Shown piece after piece: positions 30,352-49,432 of a stretch of DNA of 64,000 nt. Origin of the DNA: Eledone cirrhosa (lineage: Eukaryota); assembly GCA_964016885.1 (NCBI GenBank), contig OZ024741.1:363258001-363322000 (forward strand). Reading direction: 5' to 3'. The notes beneath the pieces were generated by a model, which saw nothing but the letters and a program-made list of their open reading frames with translations, searched no databases and was not told where the DNA came from. The first letter of the stretch is position 1. Each line of letters starts with the position of its first letter. The position numbers were made by a program, and so were the translations under genes.

Positions 30352-30852
30352 ATTTGGTAAATTTATAGAAAGATTTCAGTGGGAAATAATCTTTTTCTTC
30401 GGTTTTATTTTTTCGTGTGCTATCATCCCCCTCCCTAATATGGCCCTAAGGACTCCTTTCCTCTGAAAGGGAGGAGGATCCCCGAGTTTTCTTGGCCATT
30501 TCATATTCCTCGGTTTTTTCGTGCGTTGCCAACTAATCTTTTCCCTCGGAAAACGGGGGGGGGGGTCCTAAACCTCACCATCGGGGTGAAAATCCGGGGG
30601 AAAAAGTCATATGCACCATGTTTGGAGGTAAGATTATTTGGTAAGCTCACGGAAAAAGAAGTGATAAAGAAAACGCAGGGTGGGGGATGTGAAAAGTCCA
30701 AGTATTACCCTCTCCCTCATTCTTTTTCAAGGGAAAAGTCTTTAGGATCATATTAGGAGCTAAGTTTAATTGAAAGCACACAAAAAAAAAAAAAACGAAA
30801 ATATTATTCCCACTGAAATCGGTGAGGATGTCTTTCTATAGTAATACCAAAA
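30352..30852. mobile_element. MITE-like element with imperfect terminal inverted repeats
   Basis: TATAGAAAGA / GATTTCAGTGGGA (30364-30384) are inverted at 30808-30840. Confidence 0.45.
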
Positions 30853-33529
30853 ATTATATATTCCAAAACATGAAAAAAATAAATCTTAATTATTTGAAAA
30901 TCGTAGGTGGTGGTTTTCATAAGAAATATGGTAGTTCAGATTCAGCTTAGATCGTCTTTGTCTCAGTTAAAAAAAAAAAACGTTCTCATCGTATTTGGTA
31001 GTTTGCAGTAACTAAACGAGTAATATTTTAAGTTATAACAATGACTTGTACGCAATGACAACACACAATTTATATAAACTTTAGTTCATGTCTGATTTGG
31101 CGTTGAATGTCTACAATAACGTTATTGAATATTATGAAAATTCAGAAACAATTTATGAAATTTTCCTGTTATATTTTTTTCTGAGTTTGTTAATGGAGAA
31201 ATTGTTGTGCTATGTTGCTGTTTACTAATTTCCAATGAAAGAATCTCCACGTAGTTATTGGGTCAGTTAGAAATTGCAGCCAAATATCCCTCAAGTTACA
31301 TCATGAATCAGGAAAGGACACATTGATAATGTAGTTCTAGATACCCCTAAAATGACGCGATGGTCACAAATGGAATATCTTTGAAATTGAGTTTGCTCGT
31401 TCAAGGTTGGCTTAGGACTAACCAACCACAACTATTTACAACAAGTGTATTTGAATAGAATCAGAGGAAACTAGTGATGTCTGTGTTAGTGGGCAGTCAC
31501 CTCCGTGCCTGCTAATTAAGGTGGGAGCACCAAAAGTGTCTTTGCAACGCTACTAAGTACAAAAGGTTCACTAAGTGGGATAAGTTAAGTTGTCATAAGA
31601 AAAAGGAGGGCCAATGAGATTTGAGTGCCAGCAAATGGACACGAACCGCCACCACCTGGAAGTTTTAAATATTTAAGTTATGTAGGTGTTATATTTATAT
31701 CTTAATACTTATTTCGATGTAATATACATTGTCTGGTGATTAATCTTATGATAATGGTTATATCTCTTTTACTATCTATGCACTTGTGTGAAAATTCTCA
31801 TACTCTTGCGCACTTTGCAAAGAATGTTGACGATCTTGTAATATAACGTACCGTTTCCATTTTGTAAAGTTTCCTTTCAGTCATCATACCCATGATAACA
31901 AATTTAAATAAACGAAAACAATAATGCCGATTAAATTACCAGCAAAACTGAAAGCTCGTAAATTACAAACGTCCTTAAAGAAGTGAAAACTAAAGCGCAA
32001 ACTGTACGTTATACTCCACGGTCGCGATATACAATATACATAGATATATCAATCAGCCAGTATACAGTGTCACTAAAGTATAACATCGTATTTGGTCATG
32101 TTGCTCTCATTGCCTTTTTTTCTCATTCTCACCCTTGCCATTCTATCTCCTCGTTCCTCAATTTTAACTATTCTACCTACTCTCTTGACCATGTTCTCCT
32201 CTTCTCTGGCTTTCGTCCTGTCTCTCCTTCTTATCTCATTCCCTCTCTTTTACTTCTCTTCACCCTCCCCTTTCACCACCCAGCCATTCACGTAACTGTA
32301 GTTTAGAAACTTACGAATAACATTGCATTCACACACACATGCCTATACACATACTCACATAAGTAAAACTACTAAATTGTTTACTGTTTTATAGAACCTA
32401 AAACGAAAGTGTATCTCATTAGTGTCAGTCTATTCTGTGGTCATATCGTGTGTTAACTAAAAAAAACTTCCTCTTTAGATACCCTGCCAACAAGGTTGTC
32501 TGCATCCTCTGCTATTTATTCTCATTGGATGCTGTTTATTACGTCGTCACTTCATCAAACTTCTCCACTATCATAGCATAACTTTTTCACTCTCTCGGTT
32601 TGCTTAACATCCTTAACATTCTTTCTTCTTTTTCTACGTTGGTAAGTATTTTTCTCTCATTTTAGATTATTTTCATTTAGTTATCTATTAATTAATTAAT
32701 ATTTTTATCTTTCCGTTATTTTCCGAGATGTTTCTTCATATTCTAAATAATTTCTGAAAGATGACATAAATTTTGTTAAATTCTCCATTAATTAATGATT
32801 CAACACCATATTAGAGTTAACAAATCTAGAACGATACTTATTACTTTTACAATTGTGTCTGAATTTCTTGACAACTTTGTGAAGAAAATATAATTCATGT
32901 TTGAAAAACTTTCTGGAATTCCATCGGAAAAATGAAAGTAAACGGTAACAAATACCTCTTAAAGAAATCATTTGTTTTCTTCTAAATTTGATTAACTGTG
33001 TTGTTTCTTTTTCGTTCACACACAGACACACTTTTTTTAAATGATGTGTTCGGACAGTTCCAAGGTTTCTAACGTCTCATCTCTTTCTCATATTCTTTTC
33101 GTTATAGTTTATAGTTTTGTGCCATTATCATGTTAATGTAACGAATCAGTGTTACTAATAAAGAAATCATCAATCTGTATGGTTAAGACAAAAAGTTGTC
33201 TTCTCTTCATAATTACGGGACTATATTTTGACAATTGTGTACTCAAAATGAAATAGAATCTGAGGAAAGTTGTGAACTGCCGTTGGTAAACAGTAAATAA
33301 CAAACACAAATAGTATTATTTATTTATTTATTCGATTTAAACGTCAATATAGAGCTAGTAAGCCAAACTAGGGGAGTCCCCCAACAGTCAAGAAACAAAA
33401 ACAAGTTAGACAGATAGATAAAAAAAAAAAGAAGGTAGGTAAACGGGAGTCAAAAGAAGTATAAATAAGATTTTTTTTTTAAAGTGAAAAACATGGGAAG
33501 GTAAAAGTTTCTGTTGTTGAATCTTCATG

Positions 33530-34082
33530 ATAATGATTTCTACTATAGGCATAAGGCCAACAATTTTTGGGGAGGAGAAAGTCGATTAAATCGACCCAGT
33601 GCATTACTGGTGCTTTATTTTATCGACCCCGTAAGGATGAAAAACAAAGCTAACATCGGTGGGATTTGAACTCAGAACGTAAAAGGCAATGATAATACTA
33701 TATATTTTCACTTGTGAAAAGTGCGCGGTCTAGTGGTTAGAGTATTAGATTCATCAAATCCCGCCGAGGTTAACTTTGCCTTTCATCCTTACGGGGTCGA
33801 TAAAATAAAGTACCAGTAATGTACTGGGTAATTTCTGGCCTTGTGCCAATAGTAGAAACAATTATCATATAGAAAAAAAACTGTTAACATAACTATTTTC
33901 AGTTTCCACATTGTTTTTGCTCTTTTCTTTCGTTTGTATTTACACACACGTGTGTGCATTATTTTTGTTGTCTAATCCCGCCGAAGTTAACTTTGCCTTT
34001 CATCCTTACGGGGTCGATAAAATAAAGTACCAGTAATGCACTGGGTAATTGCTGGCCTTGTGCCTAACGTAGAAACAATTAT
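33530..34082. mobile_element. Cluster of SINE family 2 fragments
   Basis: Core TTTGCCTTTCATCCTTACGGGGTCGATAAAATAAAGTACCAG and tail GGCCTTGTGCC...GAAAC; minus copy at about 33530-33690, plus copies at about 33755-33865 and 33975-34082. Confidence 0.75.
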
Positions 34083-34609
34083 TTTTGTTGTCTAATGTAT
34101 TGATACACAACCCTTTTCTGTCAGGGCCTACAATATTTTTATTCGTCTGTGGCCCAGACAATGTTAACAAAATGAAACCAGAAATCAATGTTCAAACAAA
34201 TTTAATTCAAATTATAATACAATGCAAATACAGCATTACTAGCCATATCTAAAAGGTCAAAATATTTAAGTAACCATTAAAAAAAATAATAGGTTAATCA
34301 TGAAAATCTTTATCAATATGCAAGCAACTATTTCCTAAATATACAACTGTTGTAGTATCACAGTAAAAATGTTGTGGTTCACTTCTGAGTCATATGGCTC
34401 ACTTTGTACATCACTAATCTAATGCAGCAGAAATGCTTGTATCAATTCATCACCATCCTTGTCATCATCATCATTATAGCCATTCACTTTCAACACCAGG
34501 AAGATCACTGCCAATATCATCATCATTGTTACAGTAATATAATTGTTTCTACTTTTGCCACAAATAGTTGCCATTTATTACCGCTAAATGTATGGACCTG
34601 TAACTCCTG

Positions 34610-35282
34610 ATGGAATCATGGAAACGTCATAGTGACATACAGCTTGTCTTGGACATTTCAAACCTGGCAGAGCTCATTCCTTCTCCAAGTCTGAACATGG
34701 CCAATTACTTCAAAGAGAGAGGTGGGCAGTATTAGACTGCTATTTTTTTTTACTGATTATATTATTTTTGTTAATTCTGTCATAAATAAATGAATTGTTT
34801 TTATTAAACTAAAAAAAGCATGTTTTTAAAAAATAAATGTTAAGATTTATTTTTTTTTCTACTTCTTTATTTCAGTGTATGAACAAAATATACTCCAGGA
34901 AGCTGCTCAATCATTACTGGAACTTTCTGGAGCAACATCAGTGTATAGTACAGTCCAAGGTCCTTCAGATAGCAACAATAATATATCAGCCACTAGAATG
35001 GGGCCATGTCCACAGAATCCCGGTAATAATCAACTTAATCAGGCTACAACTTTAGCAACAGTTGCAACACCAGAACAAACTGTTGCAATGGTTGTTCCAG
35101 CCACAACTCAATACCAAAGTGAAACAGTGATCACCTACACACCTGACACTGTGGTCACCTACTCTCCAATGCCAGAGAGTGCTGTTGCATATACCTCTGA
35201 ATCGGTGGCTACAAATGGACCAGGCAATATAACCTATGAACCTGATGCTGTTGTCATGTATGCTCCTGACTGTGAAAGTTAA
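34610..35282 (+). CDS. Candidate spliced gene of about 172 aa, unknown product (coding exons 34610-34721 and 34876-35282)
   Basis: AG|GTGGGC donor at 34722 and polypyrimidine TTCAG| acceptor at 34875 join in phase 1. AATAAA at 35344. A possible non-coding first exon ends at 32641 (G|GTAAGT), with an acceptor at 34567. Confidence 0.45.
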
Positions 35283-37659
35283 TGTTGTTTTTAAACCTAA
35301 TTTGGTTTACTGCTAGTTTCTACTGCTGGTTAAATTGGTATTCAATAAATGACAAGATTTAGTGAAACTTAACTTTTCCATAGAAAAACAAACCCATCGT
35401 ATAAGGATTCTACACTTCTAAATTATCTCCCCTCTCCTCTCCCACACTTCTAATATTGAATTAAGATTCTATTTAGATTTTTAAATAGTTGTTAGATTTG
35501 AATTAATTGAAAAAAAATGTTCCATAAGACTTAGAAAAATACATGGTTTTGAAACAGAATAATTTTTTTTCTAATTTGAAAGTCTAAATCTGTCTTTTCA
35601 TGTCTTCCTTTCTTTGGTATAGATTATATTCCAATAAAATATTCAGTTTCTAAACTTATACATTTTTATATCAAATAAAATTAACAATCTAAAAATAGTT
35701 TCTAGGTCAATATTTTTTTTTATAGAATCTGTAATTTTTCCTTTTTTTTTTCTTCTTACAAAACCAGTTTTTTTTTTCTGTTTATTTTCTTCATTTATTC
35801 TAGATAAATTATAATTGAGATTCTATAAAAAAAAAGGGCACTTTATTATTTTTTTTTCTGAATTAGGTTTTTATTCAACATTTCTGCCCCAATTTACTTA
35901 AGATAAAATTGTCAAATGTAAAAATATTAAGTTAATATTCTGAACCTTAATTAGTTTTTTATTAAGAATTCTTTGTCTAAATTTACCAAGAATAAAAATA
36001 TCAAACGTAAAATATTACAAGAATTATTGATATTTTAAAAATGGAGAGGGGGAACAAACAAGGAAATTAAATCTCTTAAATTTTGTTAGTTCTTCTAGGA
36101 AAATAACTTAAAGAAAGCATTTTTTTTTTCTTTTCACTGTGCACTACAAAGAAAGTTGAAAGCAGTTGTACGAAGCCTTACTGCAATTTCAACCTTCAAT
36201 GAAGTGGTTCATTTAATTAACAGACATCGTAAATCCATCCAATTCTAAAACAAAATGGACCCCCCCCCCCTAGGCTTAACCCTTTTCCCCCACCTCATTT
36301 TTCCTCTGAAGAATCCATCCAAACAAAAACATTCAGCTCTACCATATTAAAGCAAGCACAACTAAAAAAAAAAAAAACTTCAAGATTTTCTGTCTCTGCC
36401 TGCACTTGGTATTCCAGTCTTAAAATCTGGTTATTATGATTTTATTATTACCTTCACTACGCATGGACATTTTCAAATAAAGCTCACACCTCTGCCGGCT
36501 GTAGTAACAAAATAATATATACCAAACACTCCACAGAAAATAGACATTTTTCAAGTAAAGCTCACCTCTGCCTGTTATAGTAACCAAAATACACTAAACC
36601 ATCCCACAGAATTCACTGAAACTTTTTCTCTCTTCCTGTAACAGATTAATGTCCCCTCCATAACTCTTTGTTACAGAATTGTCCATTATTGCTTATCTTA
36701 CAAATTGGCAATGTTTCTCTTGAATTTTTTTTCTTTTCTGTCTATATTTATGAAACAAATTTTTTTGAAAAACGTTTTTTTTTTTTTTTGTAAATTTCAT
36801 TCTTGAGTATGACAAATTAGTGAGTTCTAGCAAGAAATTTTTCTTATTTTCTTAGAGAAAGCTATTCTTTACCTTGTTTGTAAATAGTGTCTATTTTTCA
36901 ACCTGGTAAAATAGATTAAATAGAATTGAGTCCCTTTTTCAAGAACATGATATAATATAATTGATGTGGTTTGAACTCATAGTGGAATGAACTATCATCT
37001 AGCCATTTGAAATGGTTTTGGGAATTAACTTTCAACTTCTTTAATCCATGTTTCTGGTGAAATACATTGCTTATACATGTTTAAATTAATTTTGAAAATA
37101 ATCAAAATTTTGGAAAGATTTAGTAAAATAATTAACTTTGTTTATTAATATTAAATAAGTGCGTTTAGGTAGTGGATTGGCAGAGACTTTGGAGTGCCTG
37201 GCATGGCTCTATGGCAGTTGTTTATGGCTCTTGACATTCTGAGTTCAAATCTGGCCTAGATAAACTTTGCCTTTCATCTTTCTAGGGTCGATAAAATAAA
37301 GTAGCAGTCAAGTGCTGGCAGTGGGGTTGGATTTAATTGCCAGTTTTGTGCTTAAATTAGAATCCATTATTAAGTAAGTGTTTGAAACGTAACTTAATAA
37401 AAACAGGGTTTTTAAAACTATGATGGAAAGATGTAATTTAAATATGAACATTTCAAAATGAGTAGTTTTGAAAGTATGCCATGGTTTGGTCTCTTTTGAA
37501 ATTTGAATGAAGAGATAAAAACATAAAGGCAAACTTATCCTTATGTCTATTAATTAGCCTAACAATAGCCTAATCATTATTGAGACCATAAGAAGCAACA
37601 TATCTTTATGACTAACAGTCTAACAATAATTCAATCATTATTGAGACCACCAAAGTTCT

Positions 37660-37820
37660 TTAACCCTTTTGTTACCATATTTCTAATGAAAGACACTGCT
37701 TATGATTTTCAAATAATTTTGAAAATAAACTTACTCATTATCAAGCTGGTTTTTAGCATAAACAGTTTTATATTATAGAACCAGAGGTGGTTCCAGGCAA
37801 TTTGGTATCAAAAGGGTTAA
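37660..37820. mobile_element. piggyBac-type MITE
   Basis: TTAA at 37660 and 37817 flank TIRs CCCTTTTGTTACCA / TGGTATCAAAAGGG (13 of 14 match). Related pieces occur near 25875-26120, 45540-45805, 51060-51260 and 51560. Confidence 0.7.
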
Positions 37821-37949
37821 AGCAACAAGAACTAATTAAGTTCTTGTTAATTCTGCACAAATTCATTAAATTATTTCAATAGACAAATCATCAGTGTGAC
37901 AATGTCATGTTAATCTAACTTACCTTTACTTGTTGAGTGAATAATTAGC

Positions 37950-39160
37950 CTTAAAAGATAGAGTTACGGCCATTTACGTTCTGAGTTCAAATCCCACTAA
38001 GGTTGGCTTTGCCTTTCATCCTTACGGGGCTGATAAATTAAAGTACCAGTAATGCACTGGCGCCGATTTAATCGACTTTCCCCTTCCCCAAAATTGCTGG
38101 CCTTGTGCCTATATAAGAAACCATTATTTTGGCATGGTGGATCAGCAGAATCATTAGGGAGTTGGACAAATTGCTTTTCTGGGTTCAAATTCCCCCAAGA
38201 TCAAATCTGCCTTTCATCCTGCCAGGGGTTGATAAATTAAAGTACTGGTCAAGTACTGGGATTGATTTAATTGGAACCCCCCCCCCCCCCTATCAATTAC
38301 TGGCCTTGTGCCTAAATTAGAAAAAAATATTATTAGCTGAGGAGGTTGATTAGCAGCATCGGTAGAGCGGTGGACAATGTTTTGCAGCATAGAGTCATGG
38401 CCCTTTACGTTAGTTCAAATCCCACTGATGTTAACTTTGCCTTTCATCCTTATGGGGTTGATAAAATAAAACAGCAGTAATGTACTGGGGTCTATTTAAT
38501 TGAGCCCCCCCCCCCAATTGTTGGCCTTGTGTCAAAATCAGAAACCCTTATTATTAGGTGAGGGTGATGATTAACAGAATTGTTTGAGCATCAGACAAAA
38601 TGCCATGTTGTATTTGATGTGTTCTGAGTTTGAATCTCATCTTGCTTAACTTTGCTTTCATCCTTCCAGGGATCAATAAAAGAAAGTACCAGTCAAATAC
38701 TGGAATATATATAATTGCTGCCGCCCCCCAAAATTAGAGATCATTATTATTATTATTATTGTAAAGGACAAAAGTAGTAGATTGTTGGACAAAAGGCATT
38801 CATATTTATTTATGTCCCTTTACATTCTGAGTTCAAATACCACCGATGTTGATTCTGCCATTTTCATTGTTCCTGGAAGGATAAAATATTGAGTATTTCT
38901 TTTACCAAAATTTGGGGCCTTGTGCCTATGTTAGAAACATTATTATTGGCAGATAATGGAACAGAATGCTTCATGGCATTTACTTATGGCTCATTACATT
39001 CTGCGTTCATTAATAGCCAGGGTCAACTTTGCCTTTCATCCTTCCAGGGTCGATAAAATAAAGTACCAGTCAAGTACTGGGATCAATTTAATTGACTTTC
39101 CCTTTTCCCCACAAATTGCTGGCCTTGTGCCTAAATTAGAAACTATTATTATTATTGTTA
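37950..39160 (+). mobile_element. Head-to-tail run of about six diverged family 2 SINEs
   Basis: Repeated units of about 200 bp: B-box GAGTTCAAATCC, core GCCTTTCATCC, tail GGCCTTGTGCCTA..TAGAAA.CATTATT. Confidence 0.75.
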
Positions 39161-39639
39161 TTTTTCAAAGCATCTTAGTGTTTTTTGTCTTCTTCCCACT
39201 CCCCTTTTATTTCAATGAAGTTGTCATTGTCCACCTGCCATTTTGTACTATACAATGTTTAGGACAAAATGTTTTCTCTTTTTCAATCGGTGCTAGAATA
39301 ATGAGCTGAGGTGACTTATATATCTGAGGCATTATATATAATTCATTCTGTAAACAGTTTCAACTGCTTATCACTACACTCGCTACTGAATGAACATCAT
39401 TTATTTTACTTATGTCTTTCACACTGAAGATGTTCAGTCTTCTTGAACAAAAGGAATCTTTGATTCTATAATTCCTTTTTAATTTTTTTTAATATTTACA
39501 ACTGCTTCTATTATCAATTGGAGATAAATTTCTCCCGGTGTGTATTGTACAGATATTGTCTTGGTAAATATCTTTTCATGGTTTGGTCAACGAGGCTTTA
39601 TAAATCCTGTATTCATTTTACTGTTCAGTGATTTGAATT

Positions 39640-44205
<4,566 letters not shown>

Positions 44206-44857
44206 TAAAATTATTTATAAAGCAAAAAAATATACAAAAGAAATTACAAGTTGGTTTGCGCTATGTGTTTGATATAAGCATGAATGGTATTTTGGAATGG
44301 AAAAAATGCTTAAAATATAAAGTGATTGATAATAGTGGTTGTTCCTAACTTGTAAAAATCATGTTCAACTGGAAAATAACATCTGGATTTATAAACAGTT
44401 TCTTATCAATATAATATATTTCCTTATTCTATGGTATTCAAATGCTATTGTATGTGTTTGTATGCATGTATAAGTTCTCAATAATAATTTTTTTTTTTTT
44501 GAAGAAACATTCATTTGTAGAATTTATATTTAGAAGAAAAAAAATAGTGATTTAACTTTAGCAAAATGAAAAAAAAAACAATATTTCTTAAAAGTAATTT
44601 ATGCCACAACTTGTGTTCTAAAACATAGGTTGAACTTGTATTCCATCCGACATTTGTAAATATGTTGAAATCCTTCCAAGAATTTTTTTTTCCACTAAAC
44701 TCAGTAATTTTTTTTTCTATACTTTTTATCAATGTCCAAAGCAAAATGAAGTCTCCATTTTTTTGTGTTTTTATTTTTCATGGTTGTTATATTTCAAAAT
44801 ACCTTGCAGAATTTTGGATTTCTGTCTCTTCTGTCCATTAAATGTGTTTCTACAAGC

Positions 44858-44891
<34 letters not shown>

Positions 44892-47449
44892 GTGTGTATG
44901 TGTGTATTGAACAAAATATATTGCTTCACACAACTATCATGGATTTAATCTCAATCATCCGTCCACATTTTACTTTGCAAAATTAGTTCTTTCTTATGTC
45001 AGCTTCAGTAACTCCCTATGTTATGAATCCCTCCTAATCTTATACACATCTTTACACTCTTCTGTCTGTGGTATACCTGTGTTGGCTGTCTGCATTGATT
45101 TTCTTGTTAATTTGTTGATAACATGCTGCATAGATTGTTTTGTATTGTTATAATCATTATTCTATAATTATATTGCTGTTCTTACTAAATCTGTCCAGCC
45201 TTTCTTCAGGTGAGATTGCATCCACCCAAACAGTATTCTACTGAAATAATTTAACATTTCTAATCTTCTCTTTGCCATTTTTTCCTTCTCATTTTATGAA
45301 TGTTTACTTTAAAAAAAAAAACAACTAAATTCAGCTAAACATTTTACATTTGCTGTGATTTTTATCAATTTTTTTTTTTAAGAAAGAAATCTTTTATCAA
45401 TCTGTAATGATTTGATAAAAGAAAAGGCTTTTCCTCATCTGTTTTATACAAAATTAGATGTTTATCCCTATCAATACTCCATACCTAAGATATGGTTCTT
45501 AATTGTTGGGGAAGAAGAGAGCTGAAGATAATAAGGATACTGAACCATTCTATAAGTTTGAATAGATTTAATGAAATACATTCTGTGTGTTTCATTTAAT
45601 GTTTAAAATAATCAAGACTTTTGAGGGAGTTTAGTAAAATAATTTTTTTTCATTTTAAGATAATGTTTAGAGTATAACTTAACATAAGTATCTTAGATAA
45701 AATTATGATGGGATACTTTAATTTAAATGAGAGCACTTTAGAACAAAACTTTTCATGTCATAAAACATAGGTGGCCTCAGGTGTGTTGGTATCAAAAGGG
45801 TTAAGGTATGTGCTCAGTTTATTGCATAGATTATTCTCTTATATATTTTTCCAAGCATAATAGGGATTTTCCTACAGAATTTGTTAAATTTTACTTCAGT
45901 TTATTATTCAGTGGACATTGGCCTAATCTATTTGTAATTGTTTCCTCATTTAAGTTTTATATTACCTTTAACTCTTAACATCCTGTTCCACATGAAGCTG
46001 CATTAGCAAAACATTCTTGAAACGTATACAGCAGCACTATGACTGCATCACATTAAAAATTCAAGTCTTTACTTTAATACTGTAAATGTTCACAATGATC
46101 TGTCCACTAGTAAAGATGCTATTAACATTTGAATTAACAAAGCCATTTTTAGATATTTTCTACTAAATCATTACAGGATGTTAAGAGTTTTAAAAAGTCT
46201 AACCTGTTGCATTAGTAAGCATAAAATGTCAATGGCGTTGCTTTGTCACAGCTGAAAACCAAACATGAAATGCTATAATAATAATATTTCTTCTGAAATG
46301 TAAAACCACGATCAATGAAAAGTAGGTTTCTTCCTTCACCCCCTACAATAAAAAATATTAAAACATTCCATTTCTTTCATTATTATGTTTCTCCCAGTTT
46401 GAACAAGTTTTCTCCTGATGAGAACCAATTCTGTTGTTATTTTCATAATTTATGATCGTTTCAAAAACTATCTAGTTGCTTTTTATATATTATCATATGA
46501 AATGCAGATTTGAAAAGAAAAGAAAAAGAAGAAAAAATACTCTTGTGTGTGTGTGGGTGTGTTAAGGCTGAGCTATTATTGCATGTTGTTTTGTTGTCGG
46601 AAGTATGATTTTGGAAGTGAAATAGCTTCGGTTGTTAACACAGCTGCTTTTTTGAAGTTCAGTTTTGTTTGTTTATGGTGCTAGTCACTTCATATTGGAA
46701 TGTGTCCACTAAAATCAGACACTTGTTGATTTTACAGTCTATTTTTTAATATTCTTTCACAAATTGAATGTGGTTAGTGATACCTTTGGAATTTGCTTTT
46801 TTCAATTTTATATGGGGTGGGGTGGGTATACATTCTTCTCACTATATTATTATTATTATTAATATTATTATTATCATCAATATTATATTTATCAATAGTA
46901 TAATTATTTCTTATACAACTGGTTTTAAGGGAAGAATTTGAAATATGTTAAAACATTGCTTCCCCAACATTCCAGTATTTTACTGTAAAAAATATATAAA
47001 TTGAATTTTTTTCCCCTCCCTTCCATTTTGCTACATGTAACTGTGTTGGGTGCTGGTTTAAATATTTTACTAACTCTTAATTTCATTATGTATATGTATA
47101 TGTGTATATATGGATATATGTGAATATATATATGTGTATATATATATATGTGTGCATGTGTGTATATTATTTGAAACAATTGCAATTGTTTTTACTGAAT
47201 TACACTATTTCGATAAAACCTTTATAAACTTGTTCAGCTCTGACAATATTAAGACACAGTATTATATAACAGTGTTATATAATTTTAGTATCTCTTGATG
47301 TATTCTGATAGCAATTAGACAATTATTTATACTCTTATATATTAATCTTGATTAGTAATCCACATAGACTTACTTGTAGGACTAATTATTTCTATTTGTA
47401 GATATATGGTAGCAATTTTTATGTTAAATTTAATTTTTTAGTTTATTAA

Positions 47450-48780
47450 TGTGTTGGCAGAAAGGTTAAAGGATTGGCCAGAAAAATGCAGTGCAGTATT
47501 CATTCTGGCCCTTTACAATCTAAGTTCATTTCTCACTGAGCTCAACTTTGCCTTTTATCCTTCCAGTATTAATTAAAAAAAATTTTATGTTGAATTTAGT
47601 TTACCAATTGTTTTATGTATTGGCATTATTCCTTTGGCAGAATCATTAGTGTCAAACAAAATGTTTTGCAACATTTAGTTATGGCTCATTATGTTCTGAG
47701 TTCAAATCCCTCCAAGGTCAACTTTGCCTATCATATTTCCAGGTTCGATAAATAAAGCAGCCGTTAAGTACTAGGATCAATATAATTGACTTCTCTGTTC
47801 CTACAAAATTGCTGGCCTTGTGCCTAGATTAGAAACCATTATTCTTTTTTTTTTTTTCTGTTTAATGGCATAGTGTCAGTTCCAACATTTTTTTTTTACT
47901 TCCTTATTTTTTAACACACAACATTCAGTTTTCTGATTATTAAACTATTAACTAAATATTTGTATTTAAAATTTAATATTAAACAAACAAACTAACAAAC
48001 CAAATACAGTGGTTTACACACTAAAAAATCTAAATTAGTGACTCATTTGCTTAGTGTCACTTTTGGTGTTTCTTACTGAACATTTTTTTTAATTAATTAC
48101 CAGTCTTTCAGAATTCATTATGGTAGGATGTGATATCTACTCTAAGTACAAAAATAAGGAATTTAACAGTATATATATATATTTTTTGGAAATGGATTTA
48201 GTATTATTTCATGACCTGTATACTCCACTCTCTTGGTATTTTATCAAAACCAATATAAAAATTAATAATGTTGGTAGTTACTAGATTATTGAGCCATTTC
48301 CTTCAGAATTAGCCAACTAGAAAATAGATATTTTCTATTTTTTTAGTAAAATTATTTAAACATATATTTCATTGTCTATGTAACTGTATGACATGGAAGA
48401 AATGATTATTATTATTATTATCATTATTATTAATTAACCTCCCTGCCGAAATTGCTGGCCTTGTGCCATTATTATATATGCTAACCAACCGCTAGCAAAG
48501 GATTGGCAGCATTGTTAGTGTCTGATAAAATGCTTTAGAGTATTTGTTCCAGCATTTTACATGCTGGTCTCAAATCCCTATTAATTTATATATACTAACC
48601 AAGCATTTGGAAAAAGGATTTAGCAGAATAGAGTTTGACAAATGCTTTACATTTTGGTTTCAAATCCTGTTGAGGTCAACTTTGCTTTCATCCTTGGGAA
48701 GGGGGTGGTGGTGATTTAATTGACTACCTTCAAATTGCTGGCCTTGTGCCTAGATTAGAAAGCATTATTGTTACTACTAC
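47450..48780 (+). mobile_element. Further decayed family 2 SINE copies
   Basis: The same core and tail motifs at about 47450-47570, 47635-47843 and 48440-48770. Confidence 0.6.
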
Positions 48781-49248
48781 TACTACTGCTACTAAATTAT
48801 GCTTTTTGTTCATCATATTAAAATCCTTTGTTTGAAAAAAAATTATTTAGTCAGATTATGTAACAGTCATGTAGACTTTTGAGGATTAAAAAAAAATTGT
48901 TGCTATTAAAATGTCTTCTTTAAAAAAAAAATTAACATGAGATACTGGTTTGGTTAGAAATAAAAATGTAATTATATAGCTTTTCTTTTTCTAAATTTTT
49001 CTTTCCCTTTCATCTTTGTAATATTTATTCTTTATAACTAAATCTTTCTGATTTCTTGAAACTCCATTTTATTGTAGAGATGAAAAATATTATTTCTATT
49101 TGTATCATTGATTTAAAAGAATCAAAACAAAACAAAATATAAACTATGTAAGATATAGCCCCCACTAACACACAAAAAAAAGACACATTTCTAAAGATCT
49201 CTTTTTTTTTTTTTTTTTTTTTTTTTTGTACCAGTGAATCTTTTAGAC

Positions 49249-49432
49249 TACCCTATGTACTCTTCTATAAGTCACATCTTTTTCTGTGAAATTATGTGAA
49301 AAACCAGCATGCGACTTAATCCACTGGAATTACAAAACCTCATTTCAAAATATATGGTATATTATATAAATGTACATAAAATCGAGGTGTGACTTATCTA
49401 CCGGTGCGACTTATACATGAGTATATGTGGTA
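49249..49432. mobile_element. Small TA-ended MITE (Tc1/mariner-type)
   Basis: Imperfect TIRs TACCCTATGTACTC...TATAAGTC / GACTTATACATGAGTATATGTGGTA, with internal CGACTTA repeats. Confidence 0.45.
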
